DNA of 31,708 bases, from the IMG/VR virus record IMGVR_UViG_3300017613_000305; one strand, 5' to 3'. Positions 17,216 through 24,772 of this stretch are shown piece after piece. This stretch comes from a virus. The translations under genes and the position numbers were made by a program. The notes below the pieces were generated by a model, which searched no databases, was not told the DNA's origin, and saw nothing but the letters and a program-made list of their open reading frames with translations. The stretch's first letter is position 1; each line of letters begins with the position of its first letter.

Positions 17216-17740
17216 ATGGCAGATCAAAATTGTACAGCATTGGAAGAGGTTGTAATCGGATGTCCTAGGAATTCGGGTGGTATCTCTGATATCATAGTTG
17301 GTGATATGGAGGATGTTGCTAGTGTTGTTGCAGATGATGCGACATGGGCGTTAACAACGTTCACTGTTGACGTTGCACCGATCACTATCAATGTTAAGCG
17401 CAGACATTCAGACTATACAGAAGAGGAAACGAACGACTTTGCAAACGGTTCGGTAAAGGTAGCGAGAACAGTTAACGCGAAACTACCAAGACGTGAAGCA
17501 GCGAAATCAAGATCACTCAAAATCATGGGTGATGGACAAAGATACTTATACACACTTGCGAAAGACTTGAATGGTATTTGGTGGTATTTCCCTTATTCAC
17601 AACTTCAAACAGTTGGTGGTGGTTCTGGTAGAGAACGAGAAGATGGATCGAGTTATGACGTAGTAATGTACGGTGAAGATTCACAACTTGCATACGAGAT
17701 ACCAACAGCACTTGTTGAAGCAGCGTTGGCAGTATCATAA
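17216..17740 (+). CDS. Abundant virion protein (major tail tube or head decoration candidate)
   Basis: 174 aa, a single gene bracketed by two intrinsic terminators next to the MCP. Confidence 0.4.
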   Translation: MADQNCTALEEVVIGCPRNSGGISDIIVGDMEDVASVVADDATWALTTFTVDVAPITINVKRRHSDYTEEETNDFANGSVKVARTVNAKLPRREAAKSRSLKIMGDGQRYLYTLAKDLNGIWWYFPYSQLQTVGGGSGREREDGSSYDVVMYGEDSQLAYEIPTALVEAALAVS

Positions 17741-17765
17741 ACTAACAACAATCTAACATAAATCA

Positions 17766-17792
17766 GGGTGACTTAACGGTCGCCCTTTTTTT
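17766..17792 (+). terminator. Rho-independent terminator
   Basis: GGGTGAC(17766-17772)/GTCGCCC(17779-17785) with one T-G wobble, then T7 (17786-17792). Confidence 0.75.
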
Positions 17793-17814
17793 GTTTTGAA
17801 ACGTGACTAAATCC

Positions 17815-18159
17815 ATGCACTATACTAGTATGATTAAGGTCGAAAAAGATATAGCCACAGATGTTGCAGTAACGTTTGCAGAATTGACAACAATATCACC
17901 TGTGTACTACTTGATACAAGTAATGAATTACATGGACGAGGTTGTGCAATCAATAACACCCACAGAAACGTCTGGTTCAATAGAAAGGTATAACTTATTC
18001 GAAATCACTTCAACACTACCAGCAGGTGAATACGCATACGAAGCATATCAATCTAGTACGATTAACCCTACCATCAATGATGTCGTTGGTGATCCTGTTG
18101 AATACGGTCTATTTATAGTAACAACAACGGAAGACGTTGAAGATAACATATATACATGA
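17815..18159 (+). CDS. Hypothetical protein
   Basis: First ATG of track ORF 17803 (which starts at GTG). ATGA overlap with the portal gene. Confidence 0.5.
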   Translation: MHYTSMIKVEKDIATDVAVTFAELTTISPVYYLIQVMNYMDEVVQSITPTETSGSIERYNLFEITSTLPAGEYAYEAYQSSTINPTINDVVGDPVEYGLFIVTTTEDVEDNIYT

Positions 18160-19517
18160 AAATATTTGGAATTAATTTTAGCGTACCGAGCAAGTCGCAG
18201 GTAGTACGAACAGAACCACAAGCGTACAATACACCGTTCTTGAAAATAGGCAAGGGTAATTTGTCTCTTCCTTACATACAGTCCAACACAACAAAGGCTG
18301 GTGTAATTTACTTCGGTGATTCAAACCTATTTCCGCAAATACTGAATCAAATGTATTTTACAAGTCCGTTGCATTCGGCAATTGTTGACTTTACAGGCAA
18401 TGCAGTGATGGGTGGAGGTGTTACAATTGACCTAAAGGACAAGACAGCTTCGAATGAAGTGGACGCGCGTGTGTTCATGTCTAAGATCGGTGGACAAAAG
18501 GCGTTCAGATTGTTAGAACGTGATTACTATTTACATCGTCGGTGTCACATGGTTATAAAGTTTTCGACAAGTGGTAAATTGCTAAAGGCTGAACGTGTTG
18601 ACCCTTCACAAATTAGATACCGATTCGATGGTAACTATGAGTACTGTGAAGATTGGGCGACATATAGAGGGCGACGAACGATAAGACCATACAATCCTGC
18701 TGGAAACATCGGTGAAGTGCTATACACTAAGCAAGATGAATCACCAGGACAAGATCATTATCCGATACCAGCGTATAGTGCAGCGTTGAATTGGTGCTAC
18801 TTGGACGGCGAACAGTCTCTTTTGCACAAAAGCAACATACAAAACTCGATATTCCCATCGGTTTACATTAGACGACCGAAACGATTTAGTAATAAAAAAG
18901 AAATTGATGATTTCATTGATGGATTAAAAGGAAATCAAGGTAGTGAGAACGCTGGAAAAGTCGGTGTACTTTCGGGTGATGGATTCGAAAACACTCCAGA
19001 GGTTGTACAAGTAAGTGCGAATAACAATGATAAGCTATTCACCGAGACATCTAAAAGCATACAGGATAATATTTGTTTCGCTCACAAGATCAACCCGTCA
19101 ATTATGGGTATCAAAGTGGCTGGTTCACTTGGTAATGCACAAGAACTTGAAATGTCCTACGCTATATGGGAAAAGAACGTAGTAATGCCAGAACGTCAAA
19201 TAATAGAGGAAATTGGAAAGGAACTTCTTCATATCGGTGATGTGGAAGGTACGTTAACAGTGAACGGATACAAATTACTCGGTGAAGAAATCTTGGACGA
19301 TGTGGATACAGTTAATAAAACTGCAGAAGTATTGAGTGCAATGAGTCCACTACTTGCTAACAAGATACTTGAAGCGATGACAATCAACCAAATATTGGAC
19401 TTGGTTGGACTTCCTAAAGTTGAAGATGGTGATAAGCGACCAAGTGAAACATCACCAGGTACAGAGGCTGCGAGATTCTCTAAGTTAGTAATGGGACAAG
19501 TAAAAATAAAAGAGTAA
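18156..19517 (+). CDS. Portal protein
   Basis: 453 aa with the portal-like motif ICFAHKINPSIMGIKVAGSLGNAQE. It is coupled to a connector-like gene. Confidence 0.65.
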   Translation: MKIFGINFSVPSKSQVVRTEPQAYNTPFLKIGKGNLSLPYIQSNTTKAGVIYFGDSNLFPQILNQMYFTSPLHSAIVDFTGNAVMGGGVTIDLKDKTASNEVDARVFMSKIGGQKAFRLLERDYYLHRRCHMVIKFSTSGKLLKAERVDPSQIRYRFDGNYEYCEDWATYRGRRTIRPYNPAGNIGEVLYTKQDESPGQDHYPIPAYSAALNWCYLDGEQSLLHKSNIQNSIFPSVYIRRPKRFSNKKEIDDFIDGLKGNQGSENAGKVGVLSGDGFENTPEVVQVSANNNDKLFTETSKSIQDNICFAHKINPSIMGIKVAGSLGNAQELEMSYAIWEKNVVMPERQIIEEIGKELLHIGDVEGTLTVNGYKLLGEEILDDVDTVNKTAEVLSAMSPLLANKILEAMTINQILDLVGLPKVEDGDKRPSETSPGTEAARFSKLVMGQVKIKE

Positions 19518-20026
19518 TGGCAACAGTTTATTTTGTAACAGAAAACTATATTAAACAGACGACAGCGTTAACAAAGAACGTTGACGCGAACGAGATAATG
19601 CCGTTTATTTCCACAGCTGCACAGACATGGATGCAGTCGATACTGGGTACATACTTCTTCGATGCTTTAGTTGTGAAGTTTAATGACCAAACATTAAGCG
19701 CAGACGAAGAGGTGTTGGTAGCGAAGATTCAACCTGCCGTTGCGTGGAGGGCTGCATCTGATTGTGTATTGGAACTTACTTACCAACTAAAGAATAAAGG
19801 ACTACAAAAACAAAGTGGTGACAATTCAGAAGCGGTTGAGCTTAGTGAAATGGGATTCGTCAAAACACATTATGAAAACAAAGCAGAATTCTTCGAATCG
19901 TTCGTGGTGGAATACTTGAAACTCAATAACGACTTGTTCGCAGAGTTCACAGATACGTTGAACAAGTCTGGAGTGATTAAACCACAAGACGACGACAATT
20001 TTAACAGTGATATTCTATTCGTATGA
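19517..20026 (+). CDS. Head-tail connector/adaptor (gp6-like)
   Basis: 169 aa. The N-terminus VTENYIKQTT...NEIMPFISTAAQTWMQSILG resembles gp6-like adaptor N-termini. It follows the portal gene. Confidence 0.4.
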   Translation: MATVYFVTENYIKQTTALTKNVDANEIMPFISTAAQTWMQSILGTYFFDALVVKFNDQTLSADEEVLVAKIQPAVAWRAASDCVLELTYQLKNKGLQKQSGDNSEAVELSEMGFVKTHYENKAEFFESFVVEYLKLNNDLFAEFTDTLNKSGVIKPQDDDNFNSDILFV

Positions 20027-21615
20027 TTTCATATAATGAGATTCTAACAGTAATTGAAACCTTTGTGGATGGTCACAAGTTTGACCTTCGTTTTGAAGCA
20101 GAGTTTTATGAACAACTCCCGAACCTATCCACAGAAGACTTGGTTTTCCCTATCGTCTTTGTCGAACCCTTAGATGGTGACACAGGAAACAACACGGATG
20201 TAACGGAAATAAATGTGTATTGTCTTGACCGATTACGCAAAGACCGTAAAAACACCAACGATGTAATAAGCGATACTAAACAAATACTATCGCAGGACTT
20301 GACACGATGGTTGGAGGAAGGACAACAAGACATCGAGATAGATCGAAGTTATCCAGCGACCCCCCACAATAATTATCTACTTGATTACACTGCTGGGTGG
20401 TCTATGCGTATACGAGTACAGAATGAAAGGATATCTATTTGTGAAGTGCCGTATGAAGGTAGTGAACCGACACCAGTTGAGTGTGATCCTGTTACCGTTG
20501 AGAATTCAGACAGTGATATACTCGGAACACCTGCAAGTGGCTCAACGTTCACTGTGGGCGATTCTGTGATCACTTTGGATGATTCTGATGGAAATACACT
20601 AAACACGACAAATGTACCAGCAGAAGACACGGAAACGATTGTGGCGGGTGATACGAATGTACAAAACAGTGATGGGTCATATAATGTTGATGTACTTGCG
20701 GAAGGTTCATTGGTTGTTCCCGATTTGAATGTATCTAATTCGGACGACTCGTACAGTGTTAATGTACCAGCGACAATTGACCACGAAGTACCAGACACAT
20801 CTGTACGAAGTTATAATAGCTTGATAAATGTCATTGATTCATCATTTTATCCAAGTGCTGTAAATGGACAAGTAACAATCGGAGATTCAGAAATCACTTT
20901 AAATAGTAGTGCGTTTCTTGATGTTCCTGCAACCGTTACACAGGACATTGAATTACTAGACCAGAACACAGACCCGATTGTACCAGATTCGGTTGTTGGT
21001 AATGTTATCACGGTAGACATCCCAGAGGGTGGCGCACAATCTACCATGTTAATGGGTACAGGCTTACAAACTTCGTACAGAACAGGTGATGATAAAGATA
21101 TAAATGCAGGGCGTGAAAATGGTAGTTTTTATGTATTATCTAGTAATAACCCGTTTGGAAACACTGACAGGTTTACCGATACTTTAGGGGGTCAAACATA
21201 CGCGAACGATATTGTAATAGATTGGGCGCATAGGGATTACACGGCAGGAACGGTATTAAGTTACTATCGAGTGTTAAGAGTTGCCACTAGCTGGAATGAT
21301 GCGATTGATACGGCATTGGCTTTAAGTATTACAGGATTTACAACAGGATGGTATTTGCCAAATATGGTAGAGCTAAACAATTTGATACAGGTTTCGACAG
21401 ATGCAACGGTTATTTTATACCCTCTGAATTATGCACCTTTTAACTTTACAAATAACCTTAATTATTGGACTTCAACAACACGACCTATATCAACGCCACA
21501 GGCTATTAAGTTCTTTAATAATTCGGCATACGCTAACAATACAGCAGCGAAGACAACAGCAGGTTATTCACACTTTTACGCAAGGCATACATTATTAACT
21601 GAATTAGGACTATAA
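20023..21615 (+). CDS. Tail fibre / receptor-binding protein with a C-terminal DUF1566 (Lcl-like) domain
   Basis: 530 aa. The central region has V.NSD.SY.V.V-type repeats. The C-terminus (GTGLQTSYRTGDD...RFTD...TSWNDAIDTALALSITGFTTGWYLPNMVELNNL...NYWTST) matches the DUF1566 signature (W.LP...EL..L ... YWSS). Confidence 0.65.
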   Translation: MISYNEILTVIETFVDGHKFDLRFEAEFYEQLPNLSTEDLVFPIVFVEPLDGDTGNNTDVTEINVYCLDRLRKDRKNTNDVISDTKQILSQDLTRWLEEGQQDIEIDRSYPATPHNNYLLDYTAGWSMRIRVQNERISICEVPYEGSEPTPVECDPVTVENSDSDILGTPASGSTFTVGDSVITLDDSDGNTLNTTNVPAEDTETIVAGDTNVQNSDGSYNVDVLAEGSLVVPDLNVSNSDDSYSVNVPATIDHEVPDTSVRSYNSLINVIDSSFYPSAVNGQVTIGDSEITLNSSAFLDVPATVTQDIELLDQNTDPIVPDSVVGNVITVDIPEGGAQSTMLMGTGLQTSYRTGDDKDINAGRENGSFYVLSSNNPFGNTDRFTDTLGGQTYANDIVIDWAHRDYTAGTVLSYYRVLRVATSWNDAIDTALALSITGFTTGWYLPNMVELNNLIQVSTDATVILYPLNYAPFNFTNNLNYWTSTTRPISTPQAIKFFNNSAYANNTAAKTTAGYSHFYARHTLLTELGL

Positions 21616-21625
21616 ACACAAAACC

Positions 21626-21874
21626 ATGAAATACAAATTTCCATCTTTTGAAACTGTATTTACAGACCCAACAATAACTATTAATGGGGAAGTAGGAACG
21701 CGAATAAATAACAACGTTCCCGAAGACACGGCATATTGTGATATATTAATCACAACACCACAAACAAGTAACTCTTCATTCAGATTAGAGGGTTCACCTA
21801 CACCGATTGATTGGACAATGGAAAGTCTATCAAAGTGGGTAGCACAACAATTGAAACAATACGAAGTTAAATAA
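21626..21874 (+). CDS. Hypothetical protein
   Basis: 82-aa ORF between the fibre and holin genes. Confidence 0.5.
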   Translation: MKYKFPSFETVFTDPTITINGEVGTRINNNVPEDTAYCDILITTPQTSNSSFRLEGSPTPIDWTMESLSKWVAQQLKQYEVK

Positions 21875-21879
21875 ACACC

Positions 21880-22377
21880 ATGCCACAAAACACAGTTCAA
21901 TATCACTTTGTACATTACGCATCATTAGTACTTGCGTTCTTTTCACCTATTTATATGCTTATGCTTATTGTAGGGCTTACCATTTTGTTCGACACGGTTG
22001 CTGGTCGATGGTGCGCTAAACACCAAGCGATCAAACAAGGCAAGGAACCACGGTTGGAAGTAACAAGCAATAAGACACGAACAGGTGCGATTAATAAGAT
22101 CATAATGTACAATCTTACTGTGATCACTTTGTATTTGGTCGATTACTCGATGATCAACGAAGCGGTAATGATGTGGTTGAAGTCCCCAGTGTTTACATAC
22201 CTATTAACAAAATTAACTGTGTTGTTCTTAATATGGATTGAATTCGATTCGATAGATGAAAAGTACTACAAAGTGAAAGGTGTGCGTATAAAGGATAAAA
22301 TAGGCGTATTCTTTTCGGGTGCAAAAATGATTGTTGAAAAAATCTTTACCTTTAGGAACAAATCAAAAAAAGACTAA
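21880..22377 (+). CDS. Holin (phage_holin_4_1 / LL-H-like)
   Basis: Multiple TM segments. FDTVAGRW......TSNKTRTGAINKI resembles the D..TG...A....SSK.G..G..KK holin motif. It lies directly upstream of the lysis candidate. Confidence 0.55.
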   Translation: MPQNTVQYHFVHYASLVLAFFSPIYMLMLIVGLTILFDTVAGRWCAKHQAIKQGKEPRLEVTSNKTRTGAINKIIMYNLTVITLYLVDYSMINEAVMMWLKSPVFTYLLTKLTVLFLIWIEFDSIDEKYYKVKGVRIKDKIGVFFSGAKMIVEKIFTFRNKSKKD

Positions 22378-22378
22378 C

Positions 22379-22867
22379 ATGTTATTAGAGTTAAAACGAT
22401 TCGTTGATGATGGTGATACAACAGGCGGTGCATTGTTCATTAATGGTGTATTTGAATGTTTTATTGTAGAGGACCAGGAGCAAACAAAAAAAGTGTGGGG
22501 TGAAATGCGTGTACCATGTGGAATGTATGATATCACATTTCGAACGGTTGGTGGATTTCACAACCGCTATACAAATAAGTTTGGTTCGATGCATAAGGGT
22601 ATGTTGCAACTAACAAACTGCACACCAACATCTGCATCAAAAATAGTTGTTGGTGATATTCATTTTAAGTATGTATTGATCCACATAGGTAATACGGATG
22701 ATGACACGGCAGGGTGTTTGTTGCCAAACGAAACATTGAACAGTACATCAATGCGTGGTGCAGGATCAACGAACGCTTACAAACGTATGTATCCAAAGGT
22801 TGCCAAAGCAGTTGAAGCAGGTGACAAAGTACGCATACACATCACCGATATTGAAACAGGAATATAA
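22379..22867 (+). CDS. DUF5675-like protein, candidate endolysin
   Basis: Start ATG 22379, 1 nt after the holin stop. MLLELKRF..GDTTGGALFINGVFECFIVED ... VLIHIGNTDDDTAGCLLP matches the DUF5675 pattern (L.R...TG.L..NG.F.C...E ... ILIH.GN...DT.GCI). Confidence 0.55.
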   Translation: MLLELKRFVDDGDTTGGALFINGVFECFIVEDQEQTKKVWGEMRVPCGMYDITFRTVGGFHNRYTNKFGSMHKGMLQLTNCTPTSASKIVVGDIHFKYVLIHIGNTDDDTAGCLLPNETLNSTSMRGAGSTNAYKRMYPKVAKAVEAGDKVRIHITDIETGI

Positions 22868-22881
22868 ACACCAACATAATT

Positions 22882-23211
22882 ATGGAAAACAAAGGAGTAA
22901 ACGCACTGACAATTTTTGTGCAGGAAGGATTTGAACTAATCCACGAAATCAAGGAAAGCAAAAACGACGATGGTAAGATCAGACTATTCGAATGGATCGG
23001 TATAGTAAAAGAATCAACCGATGTATTGAATGCAGTGAGGGATTTAAAGGGCATTGACTTGTCGGATGCAACGGATAGTGATATCGCGAACCTTGCAAAC
23101 TTAATAATGGACAGCATCCAACGTGAAGTGAAATTCACTAGAAACGATGTAATTGATTTATTGAACATTGCAAAGTCTGTTGTATCAATAACGACACGCA
23201 AACGAAAATAA
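22882..23211 (+). CDS. Hypothetical protein (last gene of the late region)
   Basis: 109-aa ORF followed by the terminator hub. Confidence 0.55.
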   Translation: MENKGVNALTIFVQEGFELIHEIKESKNDDGKIRLFEWIGIVKESTDVLNAVRDLKGIDLSDATDSDIANLANLIMDSIQREVKFTRNDVIDLLNIAKSVVSITTRKRK

Positions 23212-23272
23212 TTTGTATATTGCGCCCTTTAGTGGTTCATTCTACATTTTTTTAAAGTTTAGGTAAAAGAAA

Positions 23273-23299
23273 GGGTAGTCCGTGAGGTCGCCCTTTTTT
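23273..23299 (+). terminator. Rho-independent terminator T1
   Basis: Imperfect stem GGGTAGTCC/GGTCGCCC around a GTGA tetraloop, then T6. The 3' arm plus T-tract is nearly identical to the terminator at 17779-17792. Confidence 0.55.
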
Positions 23300-23301
23300 A
23301 G

Positions 23302-23309
23302 TATATTTG
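23302..23309 (+). promoter_or_regulatory. -7 box TATATTTG with no ORF downstream before the next terminator
   Basis: Exact TAnnTTTG 2 nt after T1. The next terminator is about 65 nt downstream. Confidence 0.45.
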
Positions 23310-23329
23310 TTTTAACAATATTGAAAAGT

Positions 23330-23350
23330 GGTTGACTGAAACGGTTGACT
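23330..23350 (+). repeat. Direct repeat GGTTGACT x2 (13-nt period); a related GGTTCATT sits at 23234-23241
   Basis: GGTTGACT at 23330-23337 and 23343-23350. Confidence 0.8.
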
Positions 23351-23371
23351 TATGTATGTCATAACAATAAA

Positions 23372-23401
23372 GGGTAGATGTTCGTAGCACTACCCTTTTT
23401 T
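23372..23401 (+). terminator. Rho-independent terminator T2
   Basis: GGGTAG(23372-23377)/CTACCC(23390-23395), then T6. Confidence 0.6.
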
Positions 23402-23428
23402 AATGCCCTATAAATAATATTATAATAA

Positions 23429-23436
23429 TATATTTG
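23429..23436 (+). promoter_or_regulatory. Early promoter -7 box TATATTTG
   Basis: Exact TAnnTTTG in an AT-rich context shared with 29890-29897 (AATAATATATTTGTATAT). Confidence 0.55.
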
Positions 23437-23455
23437 TATATGCCATTATTATGAT

Positions 23456-23463
23456 TAGATTTG
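23456..23463 (+). promoter_or_regulatory. Early promoter -7 box TAGATTTG plus conserved leader AACTTTAAAACAATAACAG-ATG
   Basis: Exact TAnnTTTG 23 nt before ATG 23487. The leader is nearly identical to the one at 29909-29930. Confidence 0.55.
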
Positions 23464-23486
23464 TATAAACTTTAAAACAATAACAG

Positions 23487-23666
23487 ATGGACAACACTAA
23501 CAAATTGCTGGATGCATTTTTCAATCGTTGTAAGAACGAAACACAAGAAGACAATGTATACACACCACCCGAAGGATTAAACGGTCTTAAAATAGCGCAT
23601 ACAACGATGCCTGACAAACCGTATGGATTCAATGAGGTATTCGAAAACACAATCAAATCAAAGTAA
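23487..23666 (+). CDS. Small hypothetical protein (59 aa, below the track cutoff)
   Basis: ATG 23487 follows the conserved promoter/leader cassette. The frame is open to TAA 23664-23666, 2 nt before the next ATG. Product: MDNTNKLLDAFFNRCKNETQEDNVYTPPEGLNGLKIAHTTMPDKPYGFNEVFENTIKSK. Confidence 0.5.
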   Translation: MDNTNKLLDAFFNRCKNETQEDNVYTPPEGLNGLKIAHTTMPDKPYGFNEVFENTIKSK

Positions 23667-23668
23667 CT

Positions 23669-24004
23669 ATGAATAAATTAAATTCTCGCGTAGTATTAAC
23701 GCACGACGACCCGATAGAAATAACTTCACGAAGTAAGATAATAGACATTCGTGCAGACTACGGAAACAACGAAACAGAAGTGATTGCATGTGTATATCAT
23801 GAGTCAGACCAGGCAGCTTTGTCGATTGCCAAACATATTTGTATGATCCCAGACATGGTAGGTGCATTGGAATTATTCAAACAGATGCAGAACCATCAAG
23901 CGTTGGATGTTGCCGATTTGAGAATGTTATCGGCTAAGTATATCGACAAGATGAATTCAATCAATAAAACATTGTACGATGGGGAAGACAACACCAGCGC
24001 ATAA
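23669..24004 (+). CDS. Hypothetical early protein
   Basis: 111-aa ORF. Confidence 0.6.
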   Translation: MNKLNSRVVLTHDDPIEITSRSKIIDIRADYGNNETEVIACVYHESDQAALSIAKHICMIPDMVGALELFKQMQNHQALDVADLRMLSAKYIDKMNSINKTLYDGEDNTSA

Positions 24005-24266
24005 AATAAGGGCGGTTAATAAAGACCTTGCAACGAATAGGTATAACATATCAGAGATAGCCAAACGAAACGATGTTGGATATACTGTTGCCCTTCGTTT
24101 ACATGCTATTTTTATGTGTCGTCCAAAGACACAAGAAGTATCTATGATGTACAACGGTAAGACAGAAGCATATCAAACAGAAGACCAAGCACTATCTTGT
24201 CCACTCTACAATGCAACCAACAAAGAACTAATTACACCGATTCGAAAGGATTGGAAACTGTATTGA
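23979..24266 (+). CDS. Hypothetical protein with a possible HTH (NISEIAKRNDVGYTVALRL)
   Basis: 95-aa ORF overlapping the upstream gene by 26 nt. Confidence 0.4.
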   Translation: MGKTTPAHKIRAVNKDLATNRYNISEIAKRNDVGYTVALRLHAIFMCRPKTQEVSMMYNGKTEAYQTEDQALSCPLYNATNKELITPIRKDWKLY

Positions 24267-24303
24267 TACAACTTTTAGAGTGTTGTAAAACATTTAAAAA
24301 AAC

Positions 24304-24738
24304 ATGGAAAAATATAACATAACACAGCATCAAACATCTATTGATATTGATTTTGATAAATTATCAAAAGAACAGATAATAATTAGAGCTAAAGAAATTG
24401 AAAAAGAAGGAGAAAAAAAGACATGTAAAAGATGTCTAAAACAAAAATTGTTTAACAAGTATAGGTTAAGAACAGAAAGAAGAGGAGTGAAAGGTATTTA
24501 TTATGATGCAACGTGTAAAGATTGCCATGCAAGAACAAGAGGAACCAAAGAAATAGGGAAATTGAGTTATGCAAAAACTTTATTTGATAAAGGTTTTAGA
24601 AGGTGTACGACTTGCAAAGAAACAAAGCCACTAACTGAATACTATGGCAATAAGGCATCACCCACTAAAGTAGATAATACGTGTAAAATATGCTCTATTA
24701 AAATAACATGTCGGAAATATCACGACTCGAAGAAGTAG
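24304..24738 (+). CDS. Zinc-ribbon protein (two CxxC...CxxC modules)
   Basis: CKRCLKQK...CKDCHAR and CTTCKETKPLTEYY...CKICS. The KPL.E(F/Y)Y zinc-ribbon module is often found fused to HNH or endonuclease VII nucleases. The segment is visibly more AT-rich than its neighbours. Confidence 0.55.
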   Translation: MEKYNITQHQTSIDIDFDKLSKEQIIIRAKEIEKEGEKKTCKRCLKQKLFNKYRLRTERRGVKGIYYDATCKDCHARTRGTKEIGKLSYAKTLFDKGFRRCTTCKETKPLTEYYGNKASPTKVDNTCKICSIKITCRKYHDSKK

Positions 24739-24762
24739 TATTGGCGGTTAAATAAATTATAC

Positions 24763-24770
24763 TATCTTTG
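24763..24770 (+). promoter_or_regulatory. -7 box TATCTTTG upstream of the replication genes
   Basis: Exact TAnnTTTG, 94 nt before ATG 24865. Confidence 0.4.
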
Positions 24771-24772
24771 TC

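Larger units (their letters stand above)
23314..23401 (+). ncRNA. Candidate small RNA of about 85-90 nt (promoter-to-terminator unit with no ORF)
   Basis: Bounded by the -7 box at 23302-23309 and terminator T2. It contains the tandem GGTTGACT repeats. The only ATG opens a 7-codon ORF. Confidence 0.3.

Noticed and set aside
20900-21615. A diversity-generating retroelement targeting the DUF1566 C-terminus
   Set aside because: There is no reverse-transcriptase ORF anywhere in the genome, and I found no template-repeat copy of the 3' end of the fibre gene.
23400-23470. Repeated AT-rich promoter-like sequences as a possible CRISPR or mini-array
   Set aside because: The copies are kilobases apart (23.4, 27.1 and 29.9 kb), are not separated by regular spacers, and each sits directly in front of an ORF. 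They are promoters/leaders, not CRISPR repeats.
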